32,000 bases of DNA, taken from the NCBI GenBank assembly GCA_031256725.1, contig JAIRQE010000015.1, positions 30,001 to 62,000 of the forward strand, written 5' to 3'. Under the pieces are notes generated by a model. The model was not told the origin of the DNA and ran no database searches. It worked only from the letters and a program-made list of their open reading frames with translations. This stretch comes from Propionibacteriaceae bacterium (GTDB taxonomy: Bacteria; Actinomycetota; Actinomycetes; Propionibacteriales; Propionibacteriaceae). A program made the translations under genes and the position numbers. Shown piece by piece: positions 23,664-32,000 of the stretch. Position 1 is the stretch's first letter, and the number at the start of each line of letters is the position of its first letter.

Positions 23664-25563
23664 GGGCTTCCTTCTTTCGTCTGGCGGTACGGACCCTCAA
23701 GAAGGTTCCCACAACGAAGAGTACGAATCCGGCACCTACGACAACCCAGCCCATCCAGGCGGATGCACTGGCATGGATTCTGATGGTGGCAGTGGAATCA
23801 AGGGGGATCCCACCAGATGTGCTCAGGCTCAGATTGGCATCGACATCACCTTCACGAATAATCGAAGCAGCGAGGTCAACCCTGAGACGGTCACCTGGAG
23901 GAACCTCAATCACAGTACTTGCTGGGATGCTTACAAGTGCCAGGGATCCACTCACAGGGGTGACCTGTGACGAGATTCTCACGAAAGCTGGAACACTGAG
24001 ACTGTTCGTGACCCACACTGGGAAAACATTCGTCTTGGATGTGAGAGAGACATCCCTAGCTGTGATCGTCACGGAAGCCATGATCTGATGTAACCAGGTA
24101 TCCACCGAGGAAGCGTACTGGGCTGCTTGCTCATCACTAGCCCAGGATTGGGAGGTGATCGAAGCGATAGGTGCAGTTGTGAGCAGTTGTACAGCAGTGT
24201 CGTCACCAATGAGGTCGGCATATTTGTGCATGGTGGACTGGGTGATCGACAAGGAATCCAGGATCGCAGAAGTCAAAGTACCCTGGGGTTCACCAGTGGC
24301 CGTCGATTCTTCCCACTGGCCATGAACAGGAATCAGATTCAGAGGTACGGTGGTCACCCAGGAGGGGAGAGTGAAAAGAGAGGCCTCGTCTTCGGTGTGT
24401 ACCACCCGGATGAGCGGGGAGTCACTCAGGGCATTCTCGGCAATCATTCGTTGTCGCAGCTGGAGGGTCGTCGAAGGATCATCGGGCCCAGGCCCGCCCA
24501 GGAAGGGTGTGGCCAAGGTGTTCAGCAGAACTCCATCCGTGAGGGAGACACTAGCTTTTGCTTCAGCTAGGACAAGCTCCGGTTTGAGGGGAGCAAGATA
24601 GTCGATGAGGGCAGAGTTTGCTTGACCATTGTGGGTACGAATGAGCAGGGGAAGGTCATCCATCTCTGGGTTTGCGAGCTCAGCTTGGAGAGATGCCGTC
24701 ACGACATCTGTACCTGTGGTTAAGCCGAGGGCAAGATCAGGATTACCCCACGGAAGTCGATGGCCATGATCACGATTAAGGGTACGAAATTGTGTTAACC
24801 ATTCTTGAGCGACTTTGCTGCCGCGACCTTCGCTATGGGTACGCCCATCCCAGACGGTGTACCCCTTCGCCATGACTGTGATCTCATGGAAGAGCCCAGG
24901 ATCAATAGCCCAAGAAACATTGGGTCGGGAAGCCAAGGTGAGCAAGGTAGCGAGTCGACCCTTGAGTTCACTAGACAGATGTTCATCAATGAAAACCGTG
25001 TCATGGAGAAGAGAAGGTGGGGTGGTGAACATCACGATGGTGGCTGTGGTGGCCGCAGTTGTTGTGGCGCGTGTTGCCAGGGTACGACCCTTGCCAATCG
25101 TCACCTGGGAACCCGAAGGTTCAGCGGAGCCACGAACATGGACCCCAAGGAGGTAGACAGCGTCATGACTAATGTTGAGTTCATCCCAGGTGGCTGAGAC
25201 TTTGAACTTCTGGGTTGTATCGGAGTTAAACCGCTGGTCTCCTTCAGTGATGGGTGAGATCGCAGCCGGATTCAGGATACGGTCTCCAGAGTCGAGTTCA
25301 GGACTGACCTCAAGGGCGGACCTCAATTGAGCCTGGGTGGTGAGCGGACGGTTGTCGACCCACAAGACTACTTGTACTTGGTAGAGATGATCCCAACCAG
25401 AGTTGGTGACCTCTCCTTGAAGACTGACCCCTAGATCGGTGACTGCGACTTCTGTAAAAGTGACACTGGCGTGGTACTGATCAGCGTGTGCCTGTGGGGC
25501 ACTCATAGAAACCGAGAAGGCAATGATTAGGAGCGCGACAAGAAGACACCCCTGGTGTTTCAT
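23656..25563 (-). CDS. Conserved actinobacterial secreted, C-terminally membrane-anchored protein upstream of murJ (Rv3909/DUF6049-like by position and architecture)
   Basis: Signal peptide 'MKHQGCLLVALLIIAFSVSMSAPQAHA', a large ectodomain, and a C-terminal TM helix 'WMGWVVVGAGFVLFVVGTFL' followed by a basic tail. The start is ATG 25563 (GAGGAGGA upstream) or ATG 25587. The family assignment rests on synteny and memory only. Confidence 0.8.
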   Translation of the reverse strand: MKHQGCLLVALLIIAFSVSMSAPQAHADQYHASVTFTEVAVTDLGVSLQGEVTNSGWDHLYQVQVVLWVDNRPLTTQAQLRSALEVSPELDSGDRILNPAAISPITEGDQRFNSDTTQKFKVSATWDELNISHDAVYLLGVHVRGSAEPSGSQVTIGKGRTLATRATTTAATTATIVMFTTPPSLLHDTVFIDEHLSSELKGRLATLLTLASRPNVSWAIDPGLFHEITVMAKGYTVWDGRTHSEGRGSKVAQEWLTQFRTLNRDHGHRLPWGNPDLALGLTTGTDVVTASLQAELANPEMDDLPLLIRTHNGQANSALIDYLAPLKPELVLAEAKASVSLTDGVLLNTLATPFLGGPGPDDPSTTLQLRQRMIAENALSDSPLIRVVHTEDEASLFTLPSWVTTVPLNLIPVHGQWEESTATGEPQGTLTSAILDSLSITQSTMHKYADLIGDDTAVQLLTTAPIASITSQSWASDEQAAQYASSVDTWLHQIMASVTITARDVSLTSKTNVFPVWVTNSLSVPAFVRISSQVTPVSGSLALVSIPASTVIEVPPGDRLRVDLAASIIREGDVDANLSLSTSGGIPLDSTATIRIHASASAWMGWVVVGAGFVLFVVGTFLRVRTARRKKEAHE

Positions 25564-25734
25564 GATGATCGCAATCCTCCTCACCATGCCATCCTACAAG
25601 TGAAGACACGCCGATTTGGGGAGGCCGCAGTGAGTTTTCAACCCATAATCGAGGTAATTCTGTCCACAGGGGACATGAGATATCGCGTGAAGAAATCTGT
25701 GTTCTAGACTATGTACCATCTAGAGGACAGTGCC

Positions 25735-28700
25735 ATGTTGGGCAGCGAGAGTTTTGGAGATTCGGTGGCCATCTTTGTAAGAGGGATACACAAGTCTCAC
25801 CGGGGTGTGAGGTTCCTCAGTGGTGCCAATCTGAATGTGAGAGACTCCGAATTCTGTGTACTCCTAGGCTCGGATACTCGCGGGAAGACCATGCTTCTCG
25901 CTTGTCTGGCTGGCTTGGCCCAACCCGATTCAGGCACCATTGAGATCAATGGTCATGAACTTGGATCCTGGGATGGCCGCCCCGAAGTGGGAGTAGTCCT
26001 CACAACGAGCCTTCTTGATCACAACTTAACTGTGGCGAAGAACATGGCCTTCCATGCACGGGTACGTAGGTTAACCAAGGAACAGCGTGCAGATCTTGAC
26101 GTGATCTACGATCAACTAGATCTTCACGAACACATGAACACCAAGGTACGAAACCTAACGCGTGGTCAGCGTAGACGTGCAGAGTTCGCACGAGCGCTGA
26201 TCCACAATCCCATGGTTCTACTTCTTGATGATCCAACCTCGGGATTGGATTCCCATAGTGCCACAGTGATGTGGAAGGTGATCATTGATCAACGCAACCG
26301 GGGTCGTACCATCCTGTTAGCTACCGATCATTCCAGCTTGGCGTCACGAGCCCATACTGTGGCCATTGTGGAAACTGGGCGAATAGTTGCACACGGACGT
26401 ACCACCTCCCTGATGGAAAACTTCCTGAAAGGCACCCAGTACAACCCCGGTACCCTTGATGATGTACTGCGTCTCGTACGTGAGCGGGCCATGATCGAGG
26501 ATGCGGAAGGTGATTTAGGTAGCGGGTCAGGATATGCCGATCCCGATTTCGAGACCGACGGGTACTTCGATGCTGAAGACTCCCTCGTGGAACTGTGGAC
26601 AGAGGATCGCGAACTCGAAGAAGACGATTCCGTGGGCGTAGACATCATGAGGCCTGTGGATCAGGACATGCTTGACCCATCCCTTGCCGATATGGATGTA
26701 CATGAGGATGAATACGAGGATGACTTTGAGGACGACCTTCAGGATCTGGATCTAGAAGCCTTCAATGATGTCGAGGTACTAGACGAGTTCATAGGCGATG
26801 GTTTTGAGCATCATGAGGAGAAGGACGCCAAAGAGGACGACGAGTTTGCCGAGGATGAGGATGTAGCTGAAGATACCCACGACCTAGAGGTCACCAAGGA
26901 AGTACAGCCACCCGGGGACACAAGTGAAAAACCAGCGAGTGAGAACGGTCGTACCCTGCCGGCCTATGTAGATGTGGTGAGCGTTCTGGAAGCAGAGAAA
27001 GCGGCCGTACTCAAGGTACTCGACGCAATCAAGGACGATGACGATGAGGATGACCTCATCGGACTACTCCTCCATGGCGATACCGAAAAAGCTAAAAAAC
27101 CTAAGCCCACTTCTATGGATATGGATACGGCCACGCCGCTGAGTGAACCAAGGCCTGTACAGCAATCCTCCCCAACGAACACCACGATCGGGAGTCTGTG
27201 GTGGAATCCTGTTCCCTCATCAATACCTGCAGTGATCGCCCAACATCCCAAGCCTGATGAGCGCCTCAAACCCCTGACGAACCCAGCGGATTTCTTCCCC
27301 CCAAGTCAACCAGGCACGCAGTCTGCAAGCCCCGAGTCGCCCAAGCCTGTATCTACAGAGGTACCAAAACCGCAAGTGACTCAGCTACCTGAATCTGCCC
27401 CCAAAACCGAGCCTGAATTCTGGAAGCCACGAGCAATGCCACCCATCCAGGCTCCGACCATGCCAGCGAGGACACCGCTTGTACCTCCAGATGCAGAGTT
27501 TGGTATGCCCGAGGTACCCTTGCCAGCTGTGATCTTCCCTGATGTGGGAGAGGATCTCTCCTTCATTCGCCAGACCCTTTTCGGGGAACTTGACAACGAC
27601 GAGGATGAACCAGATGTGCAGCTGAGTCAGGGTATGCAGCGTCCACCGCGTGAGGTCATTGCCGAGGTACCCAGTGAGGAGTTGGATCTTGATCAGGGGT
27701 TGGGTGAGGTCGATATGGCTTTGTCTGAGAGGTACCTTGAGCGTACCCGTCAGGATTTGGCGCGCGCTCGCCGCGACTTTGATCATGATCCTGAACCGAA
27801 ACTTCCGCCTCAACAGGCACAACCTGTGGCAGAAGAATCGCTAACATCCTCCATGGCAAAGGAACTTGATCTGGATAAGTTCCGCAGGGATCTTGATCGG
27901 GATTTGAATTTGGTACGGGAGCGCATTGCTGGGGATCTTGATGAAGATGACCCGCCTGTAGCAGACCTTGTTGACCTTGTTGTGCCACCCAAAAATCCTG
28001 TTCCCAAACCTGAGATAAGTACTGTAGTTCGGATTTCTGATTCTGAGTCAAAATCGGATGTCTCAAAACCAAGAACTGAAGATACTGGTGAATCACGGCG
28101 TCCTCGGGCACTCACAAATCCTGCAGTGAAAGGGTTTGCATTCCCCTCACTGTCGCGGTTGGTCTCCAAGAAGCAGGAGGTTGAAGACGAGGTTGTTGAG
28201 GATGAGGCTGTCGAGGAGGAACCGGAGTTTGAGGAAGAGTTCGTAGAGGACTACGACGAGACCGATGAATACGAAGATGAGTATGCGAGTGAAGATGACT
28301 GTGACGATGCCGATGACGACTATGAGGATGAAGACGACGAGGATGAGGATTACGAGGATGACGATCCATTAAGCTCCTCAACTCATCCGCAATCCTTGGG
28401 TACCCGTTCATCGGTGACTCCTCGACTATCCTCAGGGATCTCCCTACGCCCACCATCAACCTTGGATTCCCCGATTTCTCGGCTACCCTCCGAAACCTCA
28501 TCTGGTATTGCGCGCGCGAAACCTCCCACCGAGAGGCCCACCAAATCCCTGTCTGAAGCCACAGAACGTAACCTGTACTTTGCTGATCTTGCCGAAGCGT
28601 ATGGACTCGTTGACCGTGACGAAGACGAGGATTCGGGGCTGAAATTTGCCATGCCTCTCATTGAAGGATCAGAGGTGGGTGGGGAACAACTCTCGGAGGT

Positions 28701-28959
28701 CTCCCGCCTTCTCAAAGACGCCATCTCTGCCCACCCGCTACCCTCCTTTGATGAGCAATTCCCCACAGGGTTCATGCCGAAAGATGATGAGGAACCCCTG
28801 GAAGAGATGTTTGACGAATCTCATACACGGTGGTCTGATGAGATTAGACGCCCCGTTGATGCTGAACTGGCTCGCCAGGCCCGCATCCAACTTGCAGTGG
28901 CGAAAAGACTTGAGGGGGCTCGACGTCGACTCTCAGCCGAAAAGGAGGATCGTACATGA
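25735..28959 (+). CDS. ABC-type ATP-binding protein with degenerate catalytic motifs, fused to an ~800-aa acidic/proline-rich disordered C-terminal extension
   Basis: The first ~240 aa form an ABC NBD: Walker A 'GSDTRGKT', signature 'LTRGQ', Walker B 'VLLLDDPT', H-loop 'ATDH'. The rest is D/E- and P-rich low complexity in one intact 3.2-kb frame. The stop overlaps the permease ATG (ATGA at 28956). Start is ATG 25735 (GAGGA upstream) or ATG 25711. Confidence 0.85.
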   Translation: MLGSESFGDSVAIFVRGIHKSHRGVRFLSGANLNVRDSEFCVLLGSDTRGKTMLLACLAGLAQPDSGTIEINGHELGSWDGRPEVGVVLTTSLLDHNLTVAKNMAFHARVRRLTKEQRADLDVIYDQLDLHEHMNTKVRNLTRGQRRRAEFARALIHNPMVLLLDDPTSGLDSHSATVMWKVIIDQRNRGRTILLATDHSSLASRAHTVAIVETGRIVAHGRTTSLMENFLKGTQYNPGTLDDVLRLVRERAMIEDAEGDLGSGSGYADPDFETDGYFDAEDSLVELWTEDRELEEDDSVGVDIMRPVDQDMLDPSLADMDVHEDEYEDDFEDDLQDLDLEAFNDVEVLDEFIGDGFEHHEEKDAKEDDEFAEDEDVAEDTHDLEVTKEVQPPGDTSEKPASENGRTLPAYVDVVSVLEAEKAAVLKVLDAIKDDDDEDDLIGLLLHGDTEKAKKPKPTSMDMDTATPLSEPRPVQQSSPTNTTIGSLWWNPVPSSIPAVIAQHPKPDERLKPLTNPADFFPPSQPGTQSASPESPKPVSTEVPKPQVTQLPESAPKTEPEFWKPRAMPPIQAPTMPARTPLVPPDAEFGMPEVPLPAVIFPDVGEDLSFIRQTLFGELDNDEDEPDVQLSQGMQRPPREVIAEVPSEELDLDQGLGEVDMALSERYLERTRQDLARARRDFDHDPEPKLPPQQAQPVAEESLTSSMAKELDLDKFRRDLDRDLNLVRERIAGDLDEDDPPVADLVDLVVPPKNPVPKPEISTVVRISDSESKSDVSKPRTEDTGESRRPRALTNPAVKGFAFPSLSRLVSKKQEVEDEVVEDEAVEEEPEFEEEFVEDYDETDEYEDEYASEDDCDDADDDYEDEDDEDEDYEDDDPLSSSTHPQSLGTRSSVTPRLSSGISLRPPSTLDSPISRLPSETSSGIARAKPPTERPTKSLSEATERNLYFADLAEAYGLVDRDEDEDSGLKFAMPLIEGSEVGGEQLSEVSRLLKDAISAHPLPSFDEQFPTGFMPKDDEEPLEEMFDESHTRWSDEIRRPVDAELARQARIQLAVAKRLEGARRRLSAEKEDRT

Positions 28960-29837
28960 GTTCTCTAGGAACCCGACTCGCCATCACGAGAGCCCTAGTG
29001 TCGCGAAGTCTGCGAGTCTTTCGTCACAGCTACTCGTCCCTGGTCCTTGCATTGGTTTCCCCAGTGGTTTTATGGGTTTTTTTCCTTGCTTTGATCCGCC
29101 CCCAAACTGTCAGCTTCCTGGAGATGATCACCGACCAGGAGGTCGCTTCAATCAGTGACGCATGGGTTTTTGCCACGGTTGCTGTCTTGAGTGCCTTCCC
29201 CACAACACTGGCTGTGCTTACTGGTTTCTTAGCGGATTACCGTTCGGGGCGCCTCGGTTTGCTTCTTGCTTCAGGTGTCAAAAAGGGACAGCTGGTGTGG
29301 GGGTACATCATCGGAGCCACCCTTGTAGCCTTCATGATCTCTGGTGGTCTTGTCGTCATTGGGCAGGTGTGGGCTCTCGCCTTTGGACAGCCCACGATGA
29401 CTGTGCAGTTAGCGCTCAGTGTTACAGGCAGCGTACTAGCAGCAGCATTCTTCTTTGCTGTCTTGAATGCCACAGTCCTCAGTTTCACAGTCTCCCACAG
29501 TGCCTTCGGGGCGTACTGTTTCCTGGGAGGTACCATCGTGGGGATCCTGACCCTGTCCTACACTCTCAATCACGGCAGTGGGTTGTACCAAATAACAGGG
29601 GTCTTGCCCTTTGCTCAGCTTGCTGCCCTCGTACGCCAGCCCCTGATCACTCCAGGTATGGCATCTATAGACGAGAAGATCACGCCCGAGATCCTCAATC
29701 TTCTTGGTACCCAAATCCATATTATTAATGGTGGTACCTGGCCGATCTGGATGATCCTCGCCTTTTTGGCGGCCTGGACTGGGTTTGCGTTGATCCTGTG
29801 TCAGATGAGGGTACGCCACCTCTTGCGTGACCGCTGA
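28956..29837 (+). CDS. ABC-2-type transporter permease
   Basis: 293 aa with ~6 TM helices, translationally coupled to the ATPase gene. The topology is typical of ABC-2/DrrB-like permeases. Confidence 0.8.
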   Translation: MSSLGTRLAITRALVSRSLRVFRHSYSSLVLALVSPVVLWVFFLALIRPQTVSFLEMITDQEVASISDAWVFATVAVLSAFPTTLAVLTGFLADYRSGRLGLLLASGVKKGQLVWGYIIGATLVAFMISGGLVVIGQVWALAFGQPTMTVQLALSVTGSVLAAAFFFAVLNATVLSFTVSHSAFGAYCFLGGTIVGILTLSYTLNHGSGLYQITGVLPFAQLAALVRQPLITPGMASIDEKITPEILNLLGTQIHIINGGTWPIWMILAFLAAWTGFALILCQMRVRHLLRDR

Positions 29838-29958
29838 TCGAAGACTCGGACCCTGGGGATAACCCCACCATCAAAGTCTGGTGTAGGTACCAATGACGTA
29901 CAGATAGTAATGATGAAAAACTGAATGCAGTAACCTAAAAGACGTGGAAGGAAAAACC

Positions 29959-31236
29959 ATGAACCAGGTAACAGAAGAACTGCGCCCAGTTCAACAACTT
30001 AGGAAGCACTCGCTTGTGAACCGTACCCTCCGCGATTCCGGGTACATCCTCGCGGCACTGCCTTTCGCCATTGCATCCTTTATTGTCATCATCACCGGAG
30101 TCTGCCTAGGGGCGGGGATGGCGATCATCTGGATAGGTCTGCCGATTGGGGTCGCCACCTTGTACGCCGGTCGTGGATTCGCCAATATGGAGAGGCTGCG
30201 CCTACACAAACAAGGTACCATCATTGAAGGGGTGCCTGCCCTGCCGCAGACTTCCACTGCCTGGTGGGCGAGAGCCCTTCGTCCCCTCAAAGATCCTGGG
30301 CTATGGCGCGAAGCCCTCCACGGAATACTGATTTTCCCCATCTCGGTCTTCACCTGGTCAGTGACACTCACATGGTGGGCCCTAGTTCTGAGTGGATTCA
30401 CCGGTTGGATTTGGGAGCCACTAAGTGGCTATTACAGTGGCGCTGGTCAGCTCATGCGTCTCCTGCACTGGCCTATTCCCGGCTGGGTTTTCGATCTTAT
30501 TATCGGAGTATTCGCCCTAGTCACACTGCCTTGGGTGGTACGTGGGTGTGCGTTCATGCATGTCGGGCTCGCCAAGGCGTTCCTCGCACCCTCGAAAGAG
30601 AGTCTTGCCCAGCGGGTGGCCTACCTCTCTGAGGCACGCGACCAATTGGGGCGGGCCGAGACCTCAGCATTACGGCGTATGGAACGCGATCTTCACGACG
30701 GCCCACAGCAAACACTGATCCGTTTGGGTATGGATTTGGCTGCAACCCAGCGTCGCCTTGACGAGGGCGACATTGAATCCGGGACTGCACTTCTTGATGG
30801 TGCCCGTCATATGACCGACTCTGTTATCGCCGACCTTCGCTCGCTCTCCCGAAGTATTGCTCCTCCGATCCTCACCGAACGTGGACTCGGGCCAGCATTA
30901 CTTGCCGCTGCTGCGACCTGCACTATCCCAGTTTTAGTGAACTATGACTTCCCCAGCGAACCACCAGAGAAAGTCGCGACTGCTGCGTACTTTGTTGCAT
31001 GCGAAGCATTGGCCAATGCTGTCAAGCACTCTGAAGCCACAAGGATCACTGTGCTTGTCACCACAGACGACAACAATGATTTACTTCTGGAGATCCACGA
31101 CAACGGTACAGGTGGTGCCCAGTCCATCCCCGGTCACGGTCTGGCTGGTTTGCAGGATCGCATCAGCGGGCTGGATGGTCATCTCACGATCAACGGTACC
31201 TCTGGTACCACGATCACAGCAGTACTACCAATGTGA
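29959..31236 (+). CDS. Sensor histidine kinase, HisKA_3/NarX-LiaS-DesK class, with an N-terminal polytopic 'putative sensor' membrane domain
   Basis: H-box 'RMERDLHDGPQQTL'. HATPase motifs 'EALANAVKHSEA', 'IHDNGTGGA' and 'GHGLAGLQDRI'. The N-terminus has ~4 TM helices with no sizeable extracytoplasmic loop. ATG 29959 is preceded by GGAAGGA. Confidence 0.9.
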   Translation: MNQVTEELRPVQQLRKHSLVNRTLRDSGYILAALPFAIASFIVIITGVCLGAGMAIIWIGLPIGVATLYAGRGFANMERLRLHKQGTIIEGVPALPQTSTAWWARALRPLKDPGLWREALHGILIFPISVFTWSVTLTWWALVLSGFTGWIWEPLSGYYSGAGQLMRLLHWPIPGWVFDLIIGVFALVTLPWVVRGCAFMHVGLAKAFLAPSKESLAQRVAYLSEARDQLGRAETSALRRMERDLHDGPQQTLIRLGMDLAATQRRLDEGDIESGTALLDGARHMTDSVIADLRSLSRSIAPPILTERGLGPALLAAAATCTIPVLVNYDFPSEPPEKVATAAYFVACEALANAVKHSEATRITVLVTTDDNNDLLLEIHDNGTGGAQSIPGHGLAGLQDRISGLDGHLTINGTSGTTITAVLPM

Positions 31237-31261
31237 GTCAATGAATCGAGGAAGGTGAACC

Positions 31262-31897
31262 ATGCGACTGGTCATAGCCGAAGACAGTGTCCTGCTCAGG
31301 GAGGGGCTTGTACGACTGTTTACCGAACTCGGACACGAGGTTGTTGATGCTGTTGACGATGCCCCTCGATTGATTGAATCGGTACAGACCCATCTTCCTG
31401 ACATGGTTGTGACAGACGTACGTATGCCACCCACACATACCGATGATGGGTTGCGTGCCGCAATGACCATCCGTTCCACGAATCCTGAGATCGGCTTGCT
31501 GGTACTCTCACAATGGGTTGCAGTAGAAGCAGCACAGGAGCTTCTCCGCGATGGGAGGGGCGCAGTAGGGTACCTCCTCAAGGACCGGGTCCAGGAATTC
31601 TCGATGGTGGCCGCCACCTTAGACATCATCGTCAAGGGTGGAACGATGGTGGATCCTGAAGTCATCGCACAGATTACTTCAGATCGGAAAGGTCCCAATC
31701 CTTTGACCTCCCGAGAGTCAGAGGTACTCTCACTCATGGCCGAAGGCCGATCCAATACCGCTATTGCATCCCAACTCGTGGTAACCCTAGGTGCAGTAGA
31801 GAAACACATTGCCTCCATCTTCACCAAACTGGATCTGACCAACTCCAGCGATGATCACCGCCGTGTACTAGCTGTCCTGTGGTACTTGGGTGGTTGA
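31262..31897 (+). CDS. Response regulator, NarL/LuxR family
   Basis: Receiver domain 'MRLVIAEDSVLLREGL...MVVTDVRMPP'. LuxR HTH 'LTSRESEVLSLMAEGRSNTAIASQLVVTLGAVEKHIASIFTKL'. Confidence 0.93.
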   Translation: MRLVIAEDSVLLREGLVRLFTELGHEVVDAVDDAPRLIESVQTHLPDMVVTDVRMPPTHTDDGLRAAMTIRSTNPEIGLLVLSQWVAVEAAQELLRDGRGAVGYLLKDRVQEFSMVAATLDIIVKGGTMVDPEVIAQITSDRKGPNPLTSRESEVLSLMAEGRSNTAIASQLVVTLGAVEKHIASIFTKLDLTNSSDDHRRVLAVLWYLGG

Positions 31898-32000
31898 GGA
31901 CGCCTTGGTCAACCCAAGGACCACTACACCACCAATGATCGCCGCCAACCCGAGTACACGAGTCAGGGTTAGGGGCTCAGAAAGTACCACAACACCAAGT
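31868..32000 (-). CDS. 3' end of a membrane-protein gene (SMR/DMT-like last helix); partial, runs off the window
   Basis: The minus strand reads '...LGVVVLSEPLTLTRVLGLAAIIGGVVVLGLTKASSTTQVPQDS*'. It overlaps the convergent response-regulator 3' end by ~30 nt. Only 44 codons are visible. Confidence 0.35.
   Translation of the reverse strand, partial: LGVVVLSEPLTLTRVLGLAAIIGGVVVLGLTKASSTTQVPQDS

Noticed and set aside
26490-28900. The acidic low-complexity region as non-coding simple-sequence DNA or a mis-assembled repeat
   Set aside because: The frame is open for >3.2 kb. The repeats are at the amino-acid level, with mixed GAT/GAC/GAA/GAG codons, rather than exact nucleotide tandem repeats. 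The stop is ATGA-coupled to the permease start. Coding is therefore much more likely, but it still deserves verification.

Overview
This window is the chromosomal replication-origin region of a moderate-GC actinobacterium. GC looks low-to-mid 50s % by eye, and gene content and order look Actinomycetales-like. The centre is the canonical block parB-parA-rsmG-jag-yidC-yidD-rnpA-rpmH (minus strand) facing dnaA-dnaN-recF-DUF721/dciA (plus strand). A well-defined oriC lies in the dnaA-dnaN spacer: about 10 DnaA boxes, a (CTA)5 DnaA-trio array and an AT-rich tract. Three more DnaA boxes sit on the dnaA promoter and annotated start.

The left flank holds a PLP aminotransferase, ddl and a decayed vapBC toxin-antitoxin relic. 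The right flank holds a CPPC thioredoxin, a candidate 6C-type sRNA, an MBL-fold hydrolase and a CsoR/CstR-family repressor that lacks the Cu(I) histidine. It continues with a membrane protein, a class A PBP with a PASTA domain, and a DUF6049-like/MurJ/pseudokinase cell-wall cluster. It ends with an ABC-2 module whose ATPase has degenerate catalytic motifs and an ~800-aa acidic disordered tail, followed by an intramembrane-type histidine kinase and a LuxR-type response regulator.

I see no rRNA, intact tRNA, CRISPR array, transposase, integrase or recognisable defence system. I cannot point to a clear new multi-gene system. The most unusual items are:
- a ~90-120-bp palindromic MITE-like repeat in three copies, one of them inside the oriC spacer;
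- the degenerate ABC ATPase with its disordered tail, next to the permease, kinase and regulator;
- a CsoR-type operator on a leaderless thioredoxin promoter, paired with an x-C-x-C repressor 1.9 kb away;
- an in-frame TAG that splits MurJ from its pseudokinase;
- a tRNA-Met-like relic;
- the absence of gyrB/gyrA from their usual place after DUF721.

All homology statements are motif recognition by eye. No searches were run.
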